This document shows, piece after piece, positions 36,757 to 46,500 of a stretch of 64,000 nucleotides of DNA (position 1 is its first letter; each line of letters starts with the position of its first letter). Source of the stretch: Microbacterium sp. Its GTDB lineage: Bacteria; Actinomycetota; Actinomycetes; Actinomycetales; Microbacteriaceae. A program made the translations under genes and the position numbers. The notes under the pieces are model-generated. The model was not told the origin of the DNA and ran no database searches. It saw only the letters and a list, made by a program, of their open reading frames with translations. The DNA lies in the NCBI RefSeq assembly GCF_017305435.1, contig NZ_JAFKIP010000008.1:187216-251215 (forward strand). Direction: 5' to 3'.

Positions 36757-37650
36757 CTAGGCGTCGAGCTCGCTCGCCCACGGCAGGTCGGCCCCCGTGC
36801 GGCTGACCGTGACCGCCGCGGCGGCGACCGCGCGCCGGCCGATGGCCGCGAGGTCGTCGCCGTCCAGCTCGGCGCCCGCGCGGATGGCGGGCTCGGCGAG
36901 CAGTGAGGCCATGAAGGTGTCGCCTGCGCCGATCGTGTCCACGACGTCGACGCGGGGGGCGTCTACCTCCACCCGGTGCTCGCGGGTCGACAGGGTGGCG
37001 CCGTCGCCGCCGCGCGTGACGGCGACCAGGGCCGGCCCGAGCGCGAGGATCGCGTCGATGACGGCGTCCACGCTGTCGATCGCGAAGAGATACGCGGCAT
37101 CCTCGTCGCTCAACTTCACGACCGTCGCGCGGCGGGCGATCGCCTCGAAGCGCTCGCGCGCGGCATCCGGGTCTCCGACGAGGCCGGGGCGGATGTTGGG
37201 GTCGAACGTGATGACGGCGTCCGGGTGCGCGTCGAGGACGGCCGCCACAGTGTCTGCGCCCGGCTCGAGGAACACGCCGAGCGAGCCGGTGTGGATGACG
37301 GGGACATCGCCGACGGCGACATCGGCCGGGACGTCCCACGAGATGTCGAAGTCGTAGGTCGCCGCCCCCCGCTCGTCGAGCGTCGCGCGAGCGGTGGACG
37401 TCGTGCCGGCGTGGAACGACTCCGGCAGGATCCCGACACCGGATGCCTCGAGGTGACGCGCGATCGCACGGCCGCGCTCGTCGTCGCCGAGCCGCGTGAG
37501 CAGGGCCGCGTCGACATCGCGTCGGGCGAGGCCGAGTGCGATGTTCGCGGGCCCTCCGCCCGGGGTCTCGACCGTCTCGTCGCCGGTCACCGTGATGTCC
37601 ATGAGCGCTTCGCCGATCACGAGGACGGCGGGGGCGTGCGGTGCGGGCAT
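36757..37650 (-). CDS. PfkB-family carbohydrate kinase (fructokinase/ribokinase-like)
   Basis: ORF 36757..37650(-), 297 aa. N-terminal VIGEALMD and C-terminal DTIGAGDTF motifs. Confidence 0.88.
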   Translation of the reverse strand: MPAPHAPAVLVIGEALMDITVTGDETVETPGGGPANIALGLARRDVDAALLTRLGDDERGRAIARHLEASGVGILPESFHAGTTSTARATLDERGAATYDFDISWDVPADVAVGDVPVIHTGSLGVFLEPGADTVAAVLDAHPDAVITFDPNIRPGLVGDPDAARERFEAIARRATVVKLSDEDAAYLFAIDSVDAVIDAILALGPALVAVTRGGDGATLSTREHRVEVDAPRVDVVDTIGAGDTFMASLLAEPAIRAGAELDGDDLAAIGRRAVAAAAVTVSRTGADLPWASELDA

Positions 37651-37720
37651 TCGGGAGTCCTTTCGTCGTCGCCCATTCTGCCCGCTTCACGGTGTCGCCA
37701 CCCGCCGATAGCGTGGGGGC

Positions 37721-38662
37721 GTGCCTTCCTCCGTCATCCGTGCGTCCCGCCTGGCCAAGGCCTACAAGGTGAAGGGGGCGCCCGATTTCCTCGCCGTCGA
37801 CGGGTTGGACTTCGAGGTCGCGCCCGGCGAGTCGTTCGGCCTGCTCGGTCCGAACGGGGCGGGCAAGTCGACGACGATGAAGATGATCGGCGCCGTCTCC
37901 ACGCGCACCGGCGGCGAGCTGGAGATCCTCGGGCTGGACCCCGACCGCCACGGCCCCGAGATCCGGTCGAGACTCGGCGTGGTCCCGCAGCAGGACAACC
38001 TCGACGGCGAGCTCAATGCGCGCGAGAACCTCTACATCTACGGTCGCTACTTCGGCCTGCCCGGGCGCGTGTGCCACCAGAAGGCCGACGAGCTGCTCGC
38101 GTTCGCTCAGCTCGAGGACAAGGCGAAGAGCAAGGTCGACCAGCTCTCGGGCGGCATGAAGCGGCGCCTCACGATCGCCCGCGGCCTCATCAACGATCCG
38201 CGCATCCTTCTTCTCGACGAGCCCACGACGGGCCTCGACCCGCAGGCGCGCCACGTGCTGTGGGACCGCCTGTTCCGCCTCAAGGAGCGCGGCACGACGC
38301 TCGTCCTGACGACCCACTACATGGACGAGGCGGAGCAGCTGTGCGACCGCCTCATCGTCGTCGACAAGGGGCGGATCATGGCGGAGGGCACCCCGGCATC
38401 CCTCATCCGCGAGCACTCCAGCCGGGAGGTGCTCGAGGTGCGCTTCGGCTCCGACCGCAACGCGCCGGCCGCCGAGCGCCTGCAGGGCGTCGGCGATCGC
38501 CTCGAGGTCCTGCCCGACCGGATCCTCATCTACGCGGCCGACGGCGAGGCTGCGCTCGAGCGGGTCACCGCGGCCGGGCTCGAGCCGATCACGTCTCTCG
38601 TGCGTCGCTCCTCGCTCGAGGACGTGTTCCTGCGGCTCACCGGAAGGTCGCTGATCGAATGA
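37721..38662 (+). CDS. ABC-2 type exporter ATP-binding protein (DrrA/NodI-like)
   Basis: ORF 37721..38662(+), 313 aa. GPNGAGKSTT, LSGGMKRRL, ILLLDEPT. Confidence 0.9.
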   Translation: MPSSVIRASRLAKAYKVKGAPDFLAVDGLDFEVAPGESFGLLGPNGAGKSTTMKMIGAVSTRTGGELEILGLDPDRHGPEIRSRLGVVPQQDNLDGELNARENLYIYGRYFGLPGRVCHQKADELLAFAQLEDKAKSKVDQLSGGMKRRLTIARGLINDPRILLLDEPTTGLDPQARHVLWDRLFRLKERGTTLVLTTHYMDEAEQLCDRLIVVDKGRIMAEGTPASLIREHSSREVLEVRFGSDRNAPAAERLQGVGDRLEVLPDRILIYAADGEAALERVTAAGLEPITSLVRRSSLEDVFLRLTGRSLIE

Positions 38663-39579
38663 GCGCGTCCTCCGACTCGACCGCCGACCGGCCCTTCGGC
38701 GGGGCGCCGACGGATGCCGCCGTGACGGCCCTGCCCCACCCGACGATCGACGAGCTCCGCGCCGAGGCCCTCGCGTGGGCGCGCAAGCCCCGCCGCTTCG
38801 GCAGCTGGTACGTCACCGAGCACATGGTGCGCGCGATGCGCGCGTACGGCTGGACGATCGTCGTCGGCGCCGTCGGTCAGCCGATCCTGTACCTCCTCGG
38901 TCTGGCCGTGGGTCTCGCCGCCCTCATCCAGGTGCCGATCGTCGACCACGGCGTCACGGTGAGCTACCTGATGTTCGTCGCGCCGGCCCTCCTTGCCACC
39001 GCGACGATCTCGGTCGCGAGCGAGGAGATGACCTACCCCGTGATGGCGGGGTTCAAGTGGCGGCGCTACTTCTACGGCTTCAACGCGTCACCGCTGTCGA
39101 GCCCACAGATCGCGAACGGCGTGATCGCGGGCGCGACGGCGCGCATGGTCGTGGCCGCGGCAGCGTACTACCTCATCGTCTGGCTGCTGCCCTTCGGCGC
39201 GGTCCCGAACCCCGCGACCGGCTGGCTCGCGATCGTCGCGGGCGTGCTCGCGGGGCTCGCCTTCGGCGTGCCGCTCATGGCCTACGCGGGGTCGATCGAG
39301 GACGACAAGGGGCAGTTCGCGCTCGTGCAGCGGTTCCTCTTCATGCCGATGTTCCTCTTCTCCGGCACGTTCTACCCCCTCGACACCCTGCCGGTGTGGC
39401 TGCAGTGGATCGGCTGGATCTCGCCGCTGTGGCACGGCGCCGAGCTCGGCCGCGTCGCCACGTACGGAGCGGATGTCGCCCCCGTGATGATCGCGGTGCA
39501 CCTCGCGTATCTCCTCGTCCTCATCGTGGTCGGCTACCTGTGGGCGCGGCGCGTGTTCATCGCGAGGCTCGCGAAATGA
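38659..39579 (+). CDS. ABC-2 type transporter permease
   Basis: ORF 36976..39579(+) trimmed to ATG 38659 (ATGA overlap). A hydrophilic N-terminus is followed by six TM segments. Confidence 0.82.
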   Translation: MSASSDSTADRPFGGAPTDAAVTALPHPTIDELRAEALAWARKPRRFGSWYVTEHMVRAMRAYGWTIVVGAVGQPILYLLGLAVGLAALIQVPIVDHGVTVSYLMFVAPALLATATISVASEEMTYPVMAGFKWRRYFYGFNASPLSSPQIANGVIAGATARMVVAAAAYYLIVWLLPFGAVPNPATGWLAIVAGVLAGLAFGVPLMAYAGSIEDDKGQFALVQRFLFMPMFLFSGTFYPLDTLPVWLQWIGWISPLWHGAELGRVATYGADVAPVMIAVHLAYLLVLIVVGYLWARRVFIARLAK

Positions 39580-40397
39580 CCGCCGCCGTGACCGAGGCGA
39601 GCATCCGCGGCGGCGGTGTGCGCGCGCTCTGGGCGGGCAATCCGCAGGCGGTCGTGCAGCGCGGGCTCATCGCCGCCCGCTCGTCGAGCTGGGCGGTCGT
39701 GCTGTCGGGGTTCTTCGAGCCCGTCTTCTACCTGGCATCCATGGGCATCGGCCTGGGTGCACTGGTGGGCGACGTGCAGACCTCGCAGGGCATCGAGGTC
39801 AGCTACGCGGCGTTCATCGCGCCGGCCCTCCTCGCGGTCTCGGCGATGAACGGGGCGATCTACGACTCGACGTGGAACGTGTTCTTCCGCCTCAACTACG
39901 GACGGCTCTACGAGGGCATGCTCGCGACGTCGCTCGGGCCGCTCGACGTGGCACTCGGCGAGATCCTCTACGCGCTCCTGCGGGGGCTCGCGTACGCCAC
40001 GGGGTTCATGATCATCATGCAGATCCTGGGGCTGAACCTGTCGTGGACGGCGATCCTCGCCCTCCCGGCCGTGCTCCTCATCGCGTTCGGCTTCGCGAGC
40101 CTCGGGATGGGCGTCACGAGCTACATGAAGACCTTCCAGCAGATGGACTGGATCAACTTCGTCCTCCTGCCGATGTTCCTCTTCTCCGCGACGTTCTATC
40201 CGATCAGCGTCTACCCCGAGTGGGTGCAGCACGTCGTGATGGCGCTGCCGCTGTGGCACGGCGTCGAGCTCATCCGCGGGCTCACGACCGGTGTCCTCGG
40301 CGTCGGCATGCTCTGGCACGTGCTGTACTACGTCGTCATGATCGCGGTCGGTCTCGTCTTCACGACGCGGCGATTGCGAGCCCTGTTCCTGGACTGA
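39576..40397 (+). CDS. ABC-2 type transporter permease (second)
   Basis: ORF 38775..40397(+) trimmed to ATG 39576 (ATGA overlap). Six TM segments. Paralogous to the preceding permease (shared PLWHGxEL motif). Confidence 0.82.
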   Translation: MTAAVTEASIRGGGVRALWAGNPQAVVQRGLIAARSSSWAVVLSGFFEPVFYLASMGIGLGALVGDVQTSQGIEVSYAAFIAPALLAVSAMNGAIYDSTWNVFFRLNYGRLYEGMLATSLGPLDVALGEILYALLRGLAYATGFMIIMQILGLNLSWTAILALPAVLLIAFGFASLGMGVTSYMKTFQQMDWINFVLLPMFLFSATFYPISVYPEWVQHVVMALPLWHGVELIRGLTTGVLGVGMLWHVLYYVVMIAVGLVFTTRRLRALFLD

Positions 40398-40402
40398 GGG
40401 TG

Positions 40403-40448
40403 AGGTGAGGGATGCCGCGCAGGCGAGCCCGCACGGCATCCCTCACCT
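40403..40448. terminator. Hairpin between the convergent ABC-2 permease and MHS transporter genes
   Basis: AGGTGAGGGATGCCG ... CGGCATCCCTCACCT, a 15-bp perfect stem with a 16-nt loop. Confidence 0.55.
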
Positions 40449-40465
40449 CCTGCCGGTGACGCCGG

Positions 40466-41860
40466 TCAGAGCGATCCGGTCTCGCCGAGACCGATGTTCG
40501 TGTCGTAGTCGACGTCCTTCGTCTCCTTCGAGAGCAGCAGGGCGATGAGGGTCAGCACGGCCGAGCCGCTGAGGTACAGGCCCACGAGCCAGGGCTGCCC
40601 GCCCGCGGCCGCCCACAGGCCGACCGCGACGAGAGGCGCGAGCGCCGCGCCGAGGATCGACGACACGTTGTACGAGATCGCCGAGCCCGTGTACCGGACG
40701 TTGGTGGGGAAGAGCTCCGGCAGCACCGCGCCCATCGGGCCGAACGTCGCGCCCATCAGCATGAACCCGATGATGAGGAAGGCCTGGGCGAGGGCCCCGG
40801 TGAACTTCGCGTCGAGCTGCGGCATGAGGAAGACGTTGAACATCAGGCCGAAGACCGCGATGGCGACCGTGATCCAGATGAGGAGCTTCCGGCGCCCGAT
40901 GGCGTCGGCGATCGGCCCCGACAGCAGGGTGAAGATGCCGAAGAACAGCACGCCGACGATCTGCATGATGACGAAGTCGGTGTAGCCGAATCCGAGGCCG
41001 GGGACCGGGGCATCCGTGGGCTTGGTGCCGTAGGAGAGCGTGAAGCTCGTCATCAGGTAGAAGAGCACGTACGTCGCCAGCATGATGAACGTGCCGAGGA
41101 CGAGGTTCTTGGTGTTCGTGCGGAAGACCTCGCCGAGCGGGAATCGGCGGATCGCACCGGTCTTCTCGGCCTTCGTGAACGTCTCCGACTCGACGAGCTT
41201 GAGGCGCACCCACAGGCCGATGATGACCATGACGGCCGAGAAGAGGAACGGCACCCGCCAGCCCCACGCGAGGAACGCCTCGGAGCGCTGCGCCGGGCCG
41301 TCGGGGTGGGGGAGGGCGAAGTTGATGAGGAGGAAGATCGTGTTCGCGATGATGAACCCGATCGGAGCACCCAGCTGCGGGAACGTGCCGTACCAGGCGC
41401 GCTTTCCCTTCGGAGCGTTCTCGGTCGCGACGAGCGCGGCGCCCGACCACTCGCCGCCGAGCGCGAAGCCCTGGAACAGGCGCAGGACGAGGAGGAGGAG
41501 CGCCGCCCACCAGCCGATCTGGCCGAACGTGGGGAGGCATCCGATGAGGAACGTCGCGATCCCCATCGTGAGGAGGGACGCGACGAGTGTCGCCTTGCGG
41601 CCGAAGCGGTCGCCGAAGTGTCCGAAGACGACGGCGCCGATGGGGCGCGCGACCATCGCCGCGCCGAAGACGGCGAACGACGACAGCAGAGAGGTCGTGT
41701 CGTTGCCGGTCGGGAAGAAGAGGATCGGGAAGACGAGGACGGCGGCCGTCGCGTAGACGTAGAAGTCGTAGAACTCGATGGTCGTGCCGACGAGGCTCGC
41801 GGTGATGACACGCGAGCGCGGGTTGGCGGGCGCGGCGGGGGCCGCGGTTGCAGTGGACAT
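40466..41860 (-). CDS. MFS transporter, metabolite:H+ symporter (MHS) family
   Basis: ORF 40466..41860(-), 464 aa. IEFYDFYVY and GHFGDRFGRK motifs, typical of ProP/KgtP/ShiA-like symporters. Confidence 0.9.
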   Translation of the reverse strand: MSTATAAPAAPANPRSRVITASLVGTTIEFYDFYVYATAAVLVFPILFFPTGNDTTSLLSSFAVFGAAMVARPIGAVVFGHFGDRFGRKATLVASLLTMGIATFLIGCLPTFGQIGWWAALLLLVLRLFQGFALGGEWSGAALVATENAPKGKRAWYGTFPQLGAPIGFIIANTIFLLINFALPHPDGPAQRSEAFLAWGWRVPFLFSAVMVIIGLWVRLKLVESETFTKAEKTGAIRRFPLGEVFRTNTKNLVLGTFIMLATYVLFYLMTSFTLSYGTKPTDAPVPGLGFGYTDFVIMQIVGVLFFGIFTLLSGPIADAIGRRKLLIWITVAIAVFGLMFNVFLMPQLDAKFTGALAQAFLIIGFMLMGATFGPMGAVLPELFPTNVRYTGSAISYNVSSILGAALAPLVAVGLWAAAGGQPWLVGLYLSGSAVLTLIALLLSKETKDVDYDTNIGLGETGSL

Positions 41861-42049
41861 GGGCGGAAGAGCTACCTAACGATGTCGGTTCGTAGGTCCT
41901 CGTGGGACGCGCCGGTGGCGAGCGTCCGGGGCAGGGGTGGCGCGGCGGGCGCGACGGCTGTGTGGGCACCGGGGGCGCCGGCGGTGTCCCGGCGCACGAG
42001 AGACGATCCTACGCCGCTGTCACCGTCTCGGTGCCACGGACGGTGAGAC

Positions 42050-42400
42050 TCAGCGCCAGAGGACGGCGAGCGCGGCGTTGAGGAACGTCAGGATGCCGAT
42101 CGACCAGAAGAGCGCGGGAGCGACGGACCCGTTCCTGCGCTGGCGGGCGGTCCCGATGCCGAGGAGGGCGCCGATCGCGAGCAGCACGACGAGCTTGACG
42201 CCGAGCTTGGTGTAGTTCAGCGAGTACTCGATGCCCCACGGTGCGGCGAGGGCGAGGCCGGCGACGGCGGCGATGACCATGCCCCAGGTCATCAGCCGCG
42301 TGATACGGCGCTGACCGATCGCTTCGACCGCCCACGCCCCGAAGAGGATCGCGAAACCGGTCAGGTGGACGAGGACGACGGCGTGACGCAGGATCTCCAT
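42050..42400 (-). CDS. Small integral membrane protein (about 4 TM), unknown function
   Basis: ORF 42050..42400(-), 116 aa. Strongly hydrophobic and sits in its own intergenic slot. I recognise no homology. Confidence 0.6.
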   Translation of the reverse strand: MEILRHAVVLVHLTGFAILFGAWAVEAIGQRRITRLMTWGMVIAAVAGLALAAPWGIEYSLNYTKLGVKLVVLLAIGALLGIGTARQRRNGSVAPALFWSIGILTFLNAALAVLWR

Positions 42401-42425
42401 ACCCTCAGCCTAGCTGAAGGATCAC

Positions 42426-42460
42426 GCGCCCCGCATCCGCGCCTCGCGGATGCGGGGCGC
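42426..42460 (-). terminator. rib operon terminator hairpin
   Basis: GCGCCCCGCATCCGC-gcctc-GCGGATGCGGGGCGC, a 15-bp perfect stem, 17 nt downstream of the ribH stop on the minus strand. Confidence 0.6.
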
Positions 42461-42476
42461 GGGACGGCGGGCTGGA

Positions 42477-42950
42477 TCAGCCGCGCAGTTCGCGCAGGAG
42501 GAGCGCGGTGCGCAGGGCCGCATCCGCCGCCTCTGCGCCCTTGTCCTCCTTCGAGCCGGGGAGGCCCGCGCGGTCGATGCCCTGCTGCTCGTCGTCGAGC
42601 GTCAGCACGCCGAACCCGACCGGCTTGCCGGCATCCAGCGCGACGCGCGTGAGGCCGTCGGTCGCGGCCGAGGAGACGAACTCGAAGTGGGGAGTGCCGC
42701 CGCGGATGATGACGCCGAGCGCGACGACGGCGTCCGCCCCGGCATCCAGCGCGGCCTTCGCGGCGACAGGCAGCTCGAACGACCCCGGGACGCGGACGAG
42801 CCGCCAGTCGGCTCCGGCGGCGTCGAGCACACGCTCGGCTCCGGCGATGAGCCCGTCGGTGATGACGTCGTGCCACTGGCCGGCGACGACGACGACGCGC
42901 AGGCCCGCCGCGTCGACGGGCTGGGTCTGGGGGGCTCCGTGGCCGCTCAT
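42477..42950 (-). CDS. ribH: 6,7-dimethyl-8-ribityllumazine synthase
   Basis: ORF 42477..43442(-) trimmed to ATG 42950 (ATGA overlap with ribBA). Sequence [16 protein letters not shown]...VPGSFELP...[14 protein letters not shown]. Confidence 0.95.
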   Translation of the reverse strand: MSGHGAPQTQPVDAAGLRVVVVAGQWHDVITDGLIAGAERVLDAAGADWRLVRVPGSFELPVAAKAALDAGADAVVALGVIIRGGTPHFEFVSSAATDGLTRVALDAGKPVGFGVLTLDDEQQGIDRAGLPGSKEDKGAEAADAALRTALLLRELRG

Positions 42951-44254
42951 GCGATCTCCTCCGTGGTGCGGGTGTTGTCCGCGCCCTGAGCGAGCGCGGC
43001 CTCGAGTTCGGCGGCGCCGATGATGTGACCCATCCGGTCGCGCTTGGTCTCGAGGTATTGGTGGTTGTTGGGGCCGACGCCGACGACGAGGGGCACCTGC
43101 TCGACGATCTCGAGCCCGAGCTCGCGCAGCTGAGCGACCTTGTCGGTGTTGTTGGTCAGCAGGCGCAGCTTCTCGACGCCGAGGTCGGCGAGGATGCCGG
43201 CGGCCGCCGCGTAGTCGCGCGCATCGGCGGGCAGGCCGAGCGCGAGGTTCGCGTCGACGGTGTCGAGCCCGCGCTCCTGCAGGCTGTACGCGCGCAGCTT
43301 GTTGATCAGGCCGATCCCGCGGCCTTCGTGGCCGCGCATGTACACGACGACGCCGCCGTCCTTGTCGATGGCGTCCAGCGCGGCATCCAGCTGCGGTCCG
43401 CACTCGCATTTGAGCGAGCCGAACGCTTCGCCGGTGAGGCACTCCGAGTGGACGCGCACGAGCGGCGCCGCCTCGGAGAGATCGCCCGACACGACCGCGA
43501 TGTGGTCCGTGCCGGTGATGCGGTCCTTGTACGCGAGGAAGCGGAAGGAGCCGTGCGACGTCGGCACCTGCGCCTCCGCGCGCAGGCTCACGCGTCGCTT
43601 GGGCGCATGGTCGGCGACGGGAGCGGGGTCGGTGCCGTCGAGGTGCGCGATCAGCTGCTCGATCGTGATGACGGGGATGCCTTCGCGCTCGCCCATCTCG
43701 ATGAGGCCGGGCAGGCGCATCATCGAGCCGTCTTCGGCGACGACCTCGCCGATCGCGGCGACCGGCTGGAGTCCGGCGAGCTTCATGAGCTCCACGCCGG
43801 CCTCGGTGTGCCCGGCGCGCTCACGGACGCCGCCGTCGACGGCGCGCAGCGGCAGGATGTGGCCCGGCCGGATGACGGACGCGGGCGTGGATGCCGGGTT
43901 CGCGAGGACGTTCAGGGTGTGCGAGCGGTCGGTCGCGCTGATGCCGGTCGACACCTTGTCCGCCGCATCGACGCTCACGGTGTACGCGGTGCCGCGGGAG
44001 TCCTCGTTGACGGCGACCATGGGGGGCAGGTCGAGCCGATCGGCCCACTCCGCGGGCATCGGGGCGCAGAGAAAGCCGCTCGACCAGCGGATCGTCCAGG
44101 CGAGCCACTCGGGGGTGGCGAGCTCGGCCGACAGGATGATGTCGCCCTCGTTCTCGCGGTTCTCGTCGTCGGCGACGATGACCGGCTTACCGGCGCGCAG
44201 CGCGTCGAGCGCCTCGGCGATGGTGGACAGGCGCAGGGCCGGGGAAGGGCTCAT
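42947..44254 (-). CDS. ribBA: Bifunctional 3,4-dihydroxy-2-butanone-4-phosphate synthase / GTP cyclohydrolase II
   Basis: ORF 42947..44773(-) trimmed to ATG 44254 (ATGA overlap with ribE). [10 protein letters not shown] (RibB) and [21 protein letters not shown] (RibA) motifs. Confidence 0.95.
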   Translation of the reverse strand: MSPSPALRLSTIAEALDALRAGKPVIVADDENRENEGDIILSAELATPEWLAWTIRWSSGFLCAPMPAEWADRLDLPPMVAVNEDSRGTAYTVSVDAADKVSTGISATDRSHTLNVLANPASTPASVIRPGHILPLRAVDGGVRERAGHTEAGVELMKLAGLQPVAAIGEVVAEDGSMMRLPGLIEMGEREGIPVITIEQLIAHLDGTDPAPVADHAPKRRVSLRAEAQVPTSHGSFRFLAYKDRITGTDHIAVVSGDLSEAAPLVRVHSECLTGEAFGSLKCECGPQLDAALDAIDKDGGVVVYMRGHEGRGIGLINKLRAYSLQERGLDTVDANLALGLPADARDYAAAAGILADLGVEKLRLLTNNTDKVAQLRELGLEIVEQVPLVVGVGPNNHQYLETKRDRMGHIIGAAELEAALAQGADNTRTTEEIA

Positions 44255-44910
44255 CGGGAGCCTCCTTCGTTGGGGGTGTCGTTCGGCGCCGGGGATGCCG
44301 GCGTGGTGGTGAAGGCGAGGAGGCGCTGCACGTGGCGCGCGAGGATGTCGGTCTCGAGATTGACGACGTCGCCGGCGCGGCGCCCGCCCAGCGTCGTGAC
44401 CTCGAGGGTTTCGGGAATGAGCGAGACCTCGAACCATGGGTCCGGCTCCGCGGCATCCGACACGGCGCTCACGGTGAGGGAGACGCCGTCGAGCGTGATC
44501 GAGCCCTTGTCGACGACGAGCGGGGCGAGATCCGCCGGGAGCGAGACGCGCAGCACCCGCCACTCGTCGCCGGGGCGCACGTCGAGCACCGTGCCCGTGC
44601 CGTCGACGTGGCCCTGCACGATGTGACCGCCGAGGCGGGTGTGCGTCGCGAGGGCGCGTTCGAGGTTGACCGGAGCGCCCGGTGCGATGCCGCCGAGGCT
44701 CGTGACGGCGACGGTCTGGTGCATGACGTCGGCGGCGAACCAGTCCTCGCCCTGATCCACGACCGTGAGGCACACGCCGCTGACCGCGATCGAGTCGCCC
44801 TGCGCGGCATCCGACACCGCCTGCGGCCCCCGGATCGTGAGCCGCAGGCCGTCGCCGGACGCTGCGACGGCGATGACCTCGCCGCGCTCTTCGATGATGC
44901 CCGTGAACAT
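44251..44910 (-). CDS. ribE: Riboflavin synthase (alpha chain)
   Basis: ORF 44251..45468(-) trimmed to ATG 44910. Canonical N-terminus MFTGIIEERGEV and internal duplication. Confidence 0.93.
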   Translation of the reverse strand: MFTGIIEERGEVIAVAASGDGLRLTIRGPQAVSDAAQGDSIAVSGVCLTVVDQGEDWFAADVMHQTVAVTSLGGIAPGAPVNLERALATHTRLGGHIVQGHVDGTGTVLDVRPGDEWRVLRVSLPADLAPLVVDKGSITLDGVSLTVSAVSDAAEPDPWFEVSLIPETLEVTTLGGRRAGDVVNLETDILARHVQRLLAFTTTPASPAPNDTPNEGGSR

Positions 44911-44911
44911 G

Positions 44912-46072
44912 TCAGTCCTCTCCGTCGTCCGCTGATCGCCCGTCAACCGGTGGTCGAGTGCCGGCGCGGGGGTCAACCGGTGGTCGAGTGCCGGCGCGGA
45001 GCGCCGGTGTATCGAGACCATCCCGCAGCGCCGGCCGCGCGACGATGAGGAGGTCGTCGCCGAGCAGCTCCGTGGCATCCACCCGCAGGCGCCGCTGCGC
45101 ACCGATCGTCGCCACGCCGAGGTCGCCCGTCGCGAGGCGGTCGCCGCCGAGCAGCGTCGGCGCGACGTACACGAGCACCTCGTCGACGAGCCCGGCCCGC
45201 AGGAACGCCGAGGCGAGGGTCGGGCCGCCCTCGACGAAGACGCGCTGGATGCCGAGTTCGCGGAGGCGGCCCAGCAGGTCGGGCAGGTCGTCGCCCTCGT
45301 CCTGCATGAAGGGGAGGGGGTGCGCGCGCACGCGCGCCTCCTGCGGAACGGCGCGGGTGCCCACGACGACAGGCCGCGGCTGCGTTTCGTAGAGGGTGCC
45401 GTCCGTGCGGCGGGCCGTGAGCGCGGGGTCGTCGGCGAGGAGCGTTCCGGTGCCGACGACGACCGCATCGGCCTCCGCGCGCCGCATGTGCACGTCGGCG
45501 CGTGCGGCGGGTCCGGTGATCCACTGACTGGTACCGTCGGATGCCGCGGCGCGCCCGTCGAGCGACTGCGCCCACTTCACCGTGACGTGCGGACGGCCGA
45601 GCCGCTGCACCGTGAGCCACGAGTCGAGGAGTGCCCGTGAGTCGGCTTCGCCGACGTGCGCCGTCACTTCGATGCCCGCGGAACGCAGGCGTTCGGCGCC
45701 GCCGCCGGAGAGGGCTCCGGGGTCGTCGACCGCATAGACGACGCGGGCGACGCCGGCGTCGATGAGCGCCTCGGCGCACGGGCCGGTGCGGCCGGTGTGG
45801 TTGCAGGGCTCGAGGGTGACGATGGCGGTGGCGCCGTGGGCGGCATCCCCCGTCACCTTGGAGAGGGCATCCACCTCGGCGTGCGGGGTGCCGGCGCCGC
45901 GGTGCCAGCCCTCGGCGATGATCTCACCGGCGGGGGAGAGGAGGACGGCACCCACTTGCGGATTGAGTCCGCGCGGGCCGCGGCGCGCGAGTTCGAGCGC
46001 GCGCGTCATCGCGCGCTCGTCGCCCGCGCTGCGGTCGCCTTCGCTCCGCTCGTGCTCGTCTGCACCGGTCAT
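44912..46072 (-). CDS. ribD: Bifunctional riboflavin-biosynthesis deaminase/reductase, with a repeat-encoded C-terminal tail
   Basis: ORF 44912..46270(-) trimmed to ATG 46072, preceded by GAAGGA (ATG 46009 is an alternative). Deaminase motifs HAEVDAL and PCNHTGRTGPC. The last 37 or so codons are encoded by a repeat element (see findings). Confidence 0.9.
   Translation of the reverse strand: MTGADEHERSEGDRSAGDERAMTRALELARRGPRGLNPQVGAVLLSPAGEIIAEGWHRGAGTPHAEVDALSKVTGDAAHGATAIVTLEPCNHTGRTGPCAEALIDAGVARVVYAVDDPGALSGGGAERLRSAGIEVTAHVGEADSRALLDSWLTVQRLGRPHVTVKWAQSLDGRAAASDGTSQWITGPAARADVHMRRAEADAVVVGTGTLLADDPALTARRTDGTLYETQPRPVVVGTRAVPQEARVRAHPLPFMQDEGDDLPDLLGRLRELGIQRVFVEGGPTLASAFLRAGLVDEVLVYVAPTLLGGDRLATGDLGVATIGAQRRLRVDATELLGDDLLIVARPALRDGLDTPALRAGTRPPVDPRAGTRPPVDGRSADDGED
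44942..45021 (+). repeat. REP/MITE-like element, copy a (left half duplicated, 2 x 30 bp)
   Basis: GTCAACCGGTGGTCGAGTGCCGGCGCGG occurs twice (44942 and 44972). It is followed by the hairpin CCGGCGC-GGA-GCGCCGG and the right box GTGTATCGAGACCATC. The copy lies inside the 3' end of the ribD ORF. Confidence 0.6.
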
Positions 46073-46144
46073 CCGTCGTCCTTCGTCGGTGTCCGGGGTG
46101 TGCGATGCGCGATCGGCACGGCGAGCGCCGCGAACGGCTCCGCC

Positions 46145-46304
46145 CGTGCTGCCTCTCATCCGGACTCGCGGCTTCTTCCTCGCGGAAGAGCACCGCATCA
46201 CCGTCGGTCCCGGAATTCCACCGGGTCGACCCGCGTCGCCTTTCGGGCGACGGGGCTCGCGGACTGTCACCGCCGGTTCGGATTCTCACCGACCCCGGAG
46301 CACG
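46145..46304 (-). promoter_or_regulatory. FMN riboswitch (RFN element) in the ribD leader
   Basis: The reverse strand reads CGUGCUCCGGGGUCGGUGAGAAUCCGAACCGGCGGUGACAGUCCGCGAGC...GGGUCGACCCGGUGGAAUUCCGGGACCGACGGUGAUGCGGUGC...AGUCCGGAUGAGAGGCAGCACG. This matches the conserved RFN core with a closing P1 helix CGUGCU/AGCACG. It lies 72 nt upstream of the ribD ATG. Confidence 0.92.
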
Positions 46305-46381
46305 TGTGTTCTGCTCTCGATCCTACTCAACGCGCGCCGTCCGGTTTCATTCCGTGTCGGCGGCCCGGCGATACCGGTTGT

Positions 46382-46500
46382 CCCCGGTGATCGAGTGCCG
46401 CCGCGCCGCGGCGGTGCCCCCGGTGATCGAGTGCCGCCGCGCCGCGGCGGTGCCCCCGGTGATCGAGTGCCGCCGCGCCGCCGCGGTGTATCGAGATCAC
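46382..46500 (+). repeat. REP/MITE-like element, copy b (3 tandem 36-bp units)
   Basis: CCCCGGTGATCGAGTGCCGCCGCGCCGCGGCGGTGC occurs twice. The third unit ends in GCGGTGTATCGAGATCAC. The copy lies between the fpg 3' end and the rib promoter/riboswitch. Confidence 0.7.

Noticed and set aside
46382-46500. Possible mini-CRISPR array, because of three identical repeats of about 36 bp with internal dyad symmetry.
   Set aside because: The units are directly abutting with no spacers, there are only three of them, and no cas genes are present. They belong to the dispersed REP-like family.
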